A stretch of 64,000 nucleotides of DNA from the human T2T-CHM13v2.0 reference genome, Homo sapiens, in the NCBI RefSeq assembly GCF_009914755.1, contig NC_060943.1. One strand, 5' to 3'. Positions 59,949 through 64,000 of this stretch are shown piece after piece (within the stretch, counting starts at the first letter, position 1; each line of letters starts with the position of its first letter). The notes under the pieces are model-generated. The model was given only the letters and a program-made list of their open reading frames with translations, was not told where the DNA came from and did not search any database. The position numbers and the translations under genes are program-made.

Positions 59949-60973
59949 TGACAGGCGTGAGCCACCACGTCCGGCCACAAAAGAGCTTTGATGCACACGG
60001 TGACAGCCACATGGTGCACCCGGAAGAACAAGGGGCCTGAAGTTAGTTAGACCCTCCTTGCTGGTTCTACCACAGTCGCACGCCCCACCCCCTCCCCGAG
60101 CCCAGGTTCCTCACTCAGCAGCAATTTTGGTTGCTCTGAGGAGCGTATGGAAAGGCTTCAGCGGCCGTTCCAGAGGCTACTGGGTCTGTTAACGCCTCAG
60201 TGTGCAGGCACATCCTCCAGGACAGGGTGAAATATGGGTGTTGGATGAGTCGAGTGTTGACAGAGACCACCTTGGCTGGTTGCAGTGGCTCACGCATGTA
60301 ATCCCAACACTTACGGAGGCCAGGGCAGAAGGATTGCTTGAGCCCAGGAGTTAGAGTCCAGCCTTGGCAACATAGTGAGACCCCGTCTCCACAATAAAAT
60401 TAAAAATTAAGGCCAGGCACGGTGGCTCACGCCTGTAATCCCAGCACTTTGGGAGGCCAAGGCAGGCAGATCGCTTGAGGCCATGAGTTCGAGACCAGCC
60501 TGGCCAACATGGCAAAACCCCGTTTCTACTAAAAATACAAAAATTAGCCAGGCATGGTGGTGCGTGCCTGTAATCCCAGCTACTCAGAAGGCTGAGGCTG
60601 GAGAATCGCTTGAACCCAGGAGGGAGAGGTTGCAGTGAGCCAAGACTGTGTCACTGTACTTCAGCCTGGGCGATAGAACAAGACTCCACCTCAAAAATAT
60701 ATGTATATATTAAAAATTAACCAGGTGTGGTGTTGTGCGCCATAGCCCCAGCTACACAGGAGGCTGAGGCAGGAAGATTGCTTGAGCCCAGGAAGTGGAG
60801 TTTGCAGTGAGCCAAGATTGCGCTAGTGCACTTCAGCCTGGATAACAGAGTGAGACCCTGTGTCAAAAAAAAAAAAAAAAAAAGTACAAAGGGCCATCTT
60901 GGCCAGACACAGTGGCTTATGCCTGTAATCCCAGGACTTTGGGAGGTCAAGGCAGGCAGATCACCTGAGGTCA

Positions 60974-61393
<420 letters not shown>

Positions 61394-61864
61394 TCACTAC
61401 CAATATCCTTGGTGGGCGACCTGGAACATCCGGAGCCGAGGCATCTGCAATCAAGAGGCTGTTTCCCCACAAGGACAGGCCCAGGAAACAGGACAGGCTA
61501 CGAAATTCAACAGGCCCAGGGCAGAATGAAAACATAAGGCCCCTTATTCAAAAACGACAGATTCTGGCATGTACCTGTGGTCCCAGCTACTCAGGAGGCT
61601 GAGGCAGAAGGATTGCTTGAGCCCAGGAGGTCAAGGCTGCAGTGAGCTGTGGTGGCGCCACTGCACTCCAACCTGGGCAACAGAGCAAGACCCCATCTCC
61701 AAAAAAAAATTATGGATTCCATGCTGGTAATGGCAAAGTGTTCTGCCGAGCAACAGGGACTGGGGACCTAACAGGTCACAGCCTGTAGAGCCAACCCCTC
61801 TCATGAAGGCTGGCTCCCTCGGGGTGCACCTGCGGGCAGTGACCATTTTCTCTGTCTCTCCCAG

Positions 61865-61999
61865 TGCCTGTCCATTGGGGTCCTGGACATCTTCGGGTTT
61901 GAAGACTTCGAGAGGAACAGCTTTGAGCAGTTCTGCATCAACTACGCCAATGAGCAGCTGCAGTATTACTTCAACCAGCACATCTTCAAGCTGGAGCAG
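61865..61999 (+). CDS. MYO9B: MYO9B exon 10 (135 nt), switch II: [45 protein letters not shown]
   Basis: Acceptor tctctcccag|TGC; donor CAG|gtgcgg. [10 protein letters not shown] and [13 protein letters not shown] motifs. Confidence 0.98.
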
Positions 62000-62024
62000 G
62001 TGCGGAAAGGGCTTTTTTGTCAAT

Positions 62025-62960
62025 TTTTTGAACTTGGTAAATCAGACATCACGTGAAATTTACCATCTTAACCATTTGTAAATATTCAGTTCAGCGGCGG
62101 TAAGTACATTCACATATTCGCATTGTTATGCAAACGCCACCACCATACATCTCCAGAACTCTTTCATTTTGCCAAACTGAGACTCTGTCCCCATGAAACA
62201 CTCACTCCCCATTCCCCCTCTTGCAAGCCCTGAACTCACCCCATTCCACTTTTTTTTTTTTTTTTTTTTTTGAGACAGGGTCTTGCTCTGTCACCCAGCT
62301 AGAGTGGTATAATCATAGCTTACTGCAGCCTCAAACTCCTAGGCTCAAGTGATCCTTCCTCGGCCTCCCGAGTAGCTGGAACCACAGGTGCACACTACCA
62401 TGCCTGGCTAATTTTTGTATTTTTTGTAGAGACAAGGTTTTGCCATGTTGCTCAGGCTAGTCTCGAACTCCTGAGCTCAGGCAATCTGCTCACCTTGGTC
62501 TCCCAAAGTGTTGGGATTACAGGTGTAAGCCACCATGCCTGGCCCATTCTATTTTCTGTCTCTATCATTTTTGACTAAGTGCCTCATATAAGTGAAATTA
62601 GACATTATTTGTCTTTTTGTGACTGGCTTATTTCGCATAGTATAAAGTCCTCATGGTTCATCCACATAGTAGCATGTGTCAGAATTTCCTTCCTTTTCAA
62701 GGCTGAGTAATATTCCATTTTCTGGATGTACCACATTTTGCTTATCCATCCATCCTTCAGTAGACACTTGGGTTGCTTCCAGCTTTTGGCTATTGTGCAT
62801 AATGCTTCTTTGAACATGGGTGTGCAAATATCTCTTCAAGACGCTGCTTTCAATTCTTTCGGGTATATACCCAGAAGTGGACTTGCTGGATCGTATGGTA
62901 ATTCTGTTTTTAACTTTTTTGAAGAACCACCATACTGTTTTCCATAACAGCTGCAGCATT
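62025..62960 (-). mobile_element. L1MB-type 3' fragment with an Alu insertion
   Basis: aaatttaccatcttaaccattt...; minus-strand ORF remnants resemble L1 ORF2 C-terminus ([28 protein letters not shown]). Confidence 0.8.
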
Positions 62961-63198
62961 TTATAAGGAAATATCATGTTGTTGCACACCCAGCCCAAAG
63001 GGAAAATAGCATGAGCTAGAACCGGAATCTCCCTAGAGGCCCAGATCATTGGTGAACTTGCCCCAGAATTTTTCTCAGTCAAAAGGAAAACTTAAGAAAA
63101 CCCACCCAGCCCAGGATGAGGCAAATGTCAGGAATGTTTTGAGCCACAGTTCATGTGGGGGCTTCTGTGTCCAAACAGAAAATCTTTTTGTTAGTTGA

Positions 63199-63582
<384 letters not shown>

Positions 63583-64000
63583 TAGTCAACCATCCTTATT
63601 CATGTCTTCTCCTTCACGTTGATGATTCTGATGGGAAAATGAAACTGACAGGCTTATGTAAATATCCAGCTGATTTTCCTATTAAGCTTTTTGGCAGTGA
63701 AGCATTGGGAGTGTAGCTGGTCAGAATTAAGTTGTGCAGGAAGGGTGTGACATACACACTAAATTGTGAAGACTTAGCACATGAGAAAAAAGAACATACA
63801 CGGTCTCAGTACCTTACTGCAGCCTCAAACGCTGAGGTTTAGGCGATCCTACCACCACAGCCCCCTGAGTAGCTGAGACTGTAGTTGCACACCACCACAC
63901 CCAGCTAGTTTTTTGGTTTTATTTTTTGTAGAGACAGGGTCTTGCTATGTTGCCCAGGCTGGTCCTGAACTCCTGGCCTCAAGTGATCCTCCCACGTTGG

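Overview
Human (or very close great-ape) genomic DNA carrying the 5' coding part of MYO9B (unconventional myosin IXb) on the + strand. Nine coding exons (exons 2-10 in the standard numbering) splice through GT-AG introns into one continuous 557-codon frame. That frame encodes the N-terminal Ras-association domain and the first half of the motor domain (P-loop GESGSGKT, switch [10 protein letters not shown], switch II DIFGFE). The gene continues beyond both window ends. The rest is intron, including a 42.8 kb intron 2, dense in Alus and also holding L1 fragments, solo LTRs (MER76-, MER31-, MLT1-like), DNA transposons (MER20, MER58, Tigger3a-like) and a ~0.9 kb (GGAT)n tract. The most interesting observation concerns the 898-nt AUG-containing exon 2, which is tightly bracketed by inverted Alus (circRNA architecture). 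If it is circularised, the MYO9B frame runs across the back-splice junction without a stop into an overlapping out-of-frame uORF, predicting a 447-aa chimeric protein. Other findings include two Alu triplets produced by unequal crossover with chimeric middle copies, a templated insertion inside an Alu, dispersed direct and inverted micro-duplications, a perfect 5' splice site 26 nt upstream of exon 9, and a CpG-rich intronic regulatory candidate. Repeat family names come from recalled consensus sequences and repeat boundaries are approximate.
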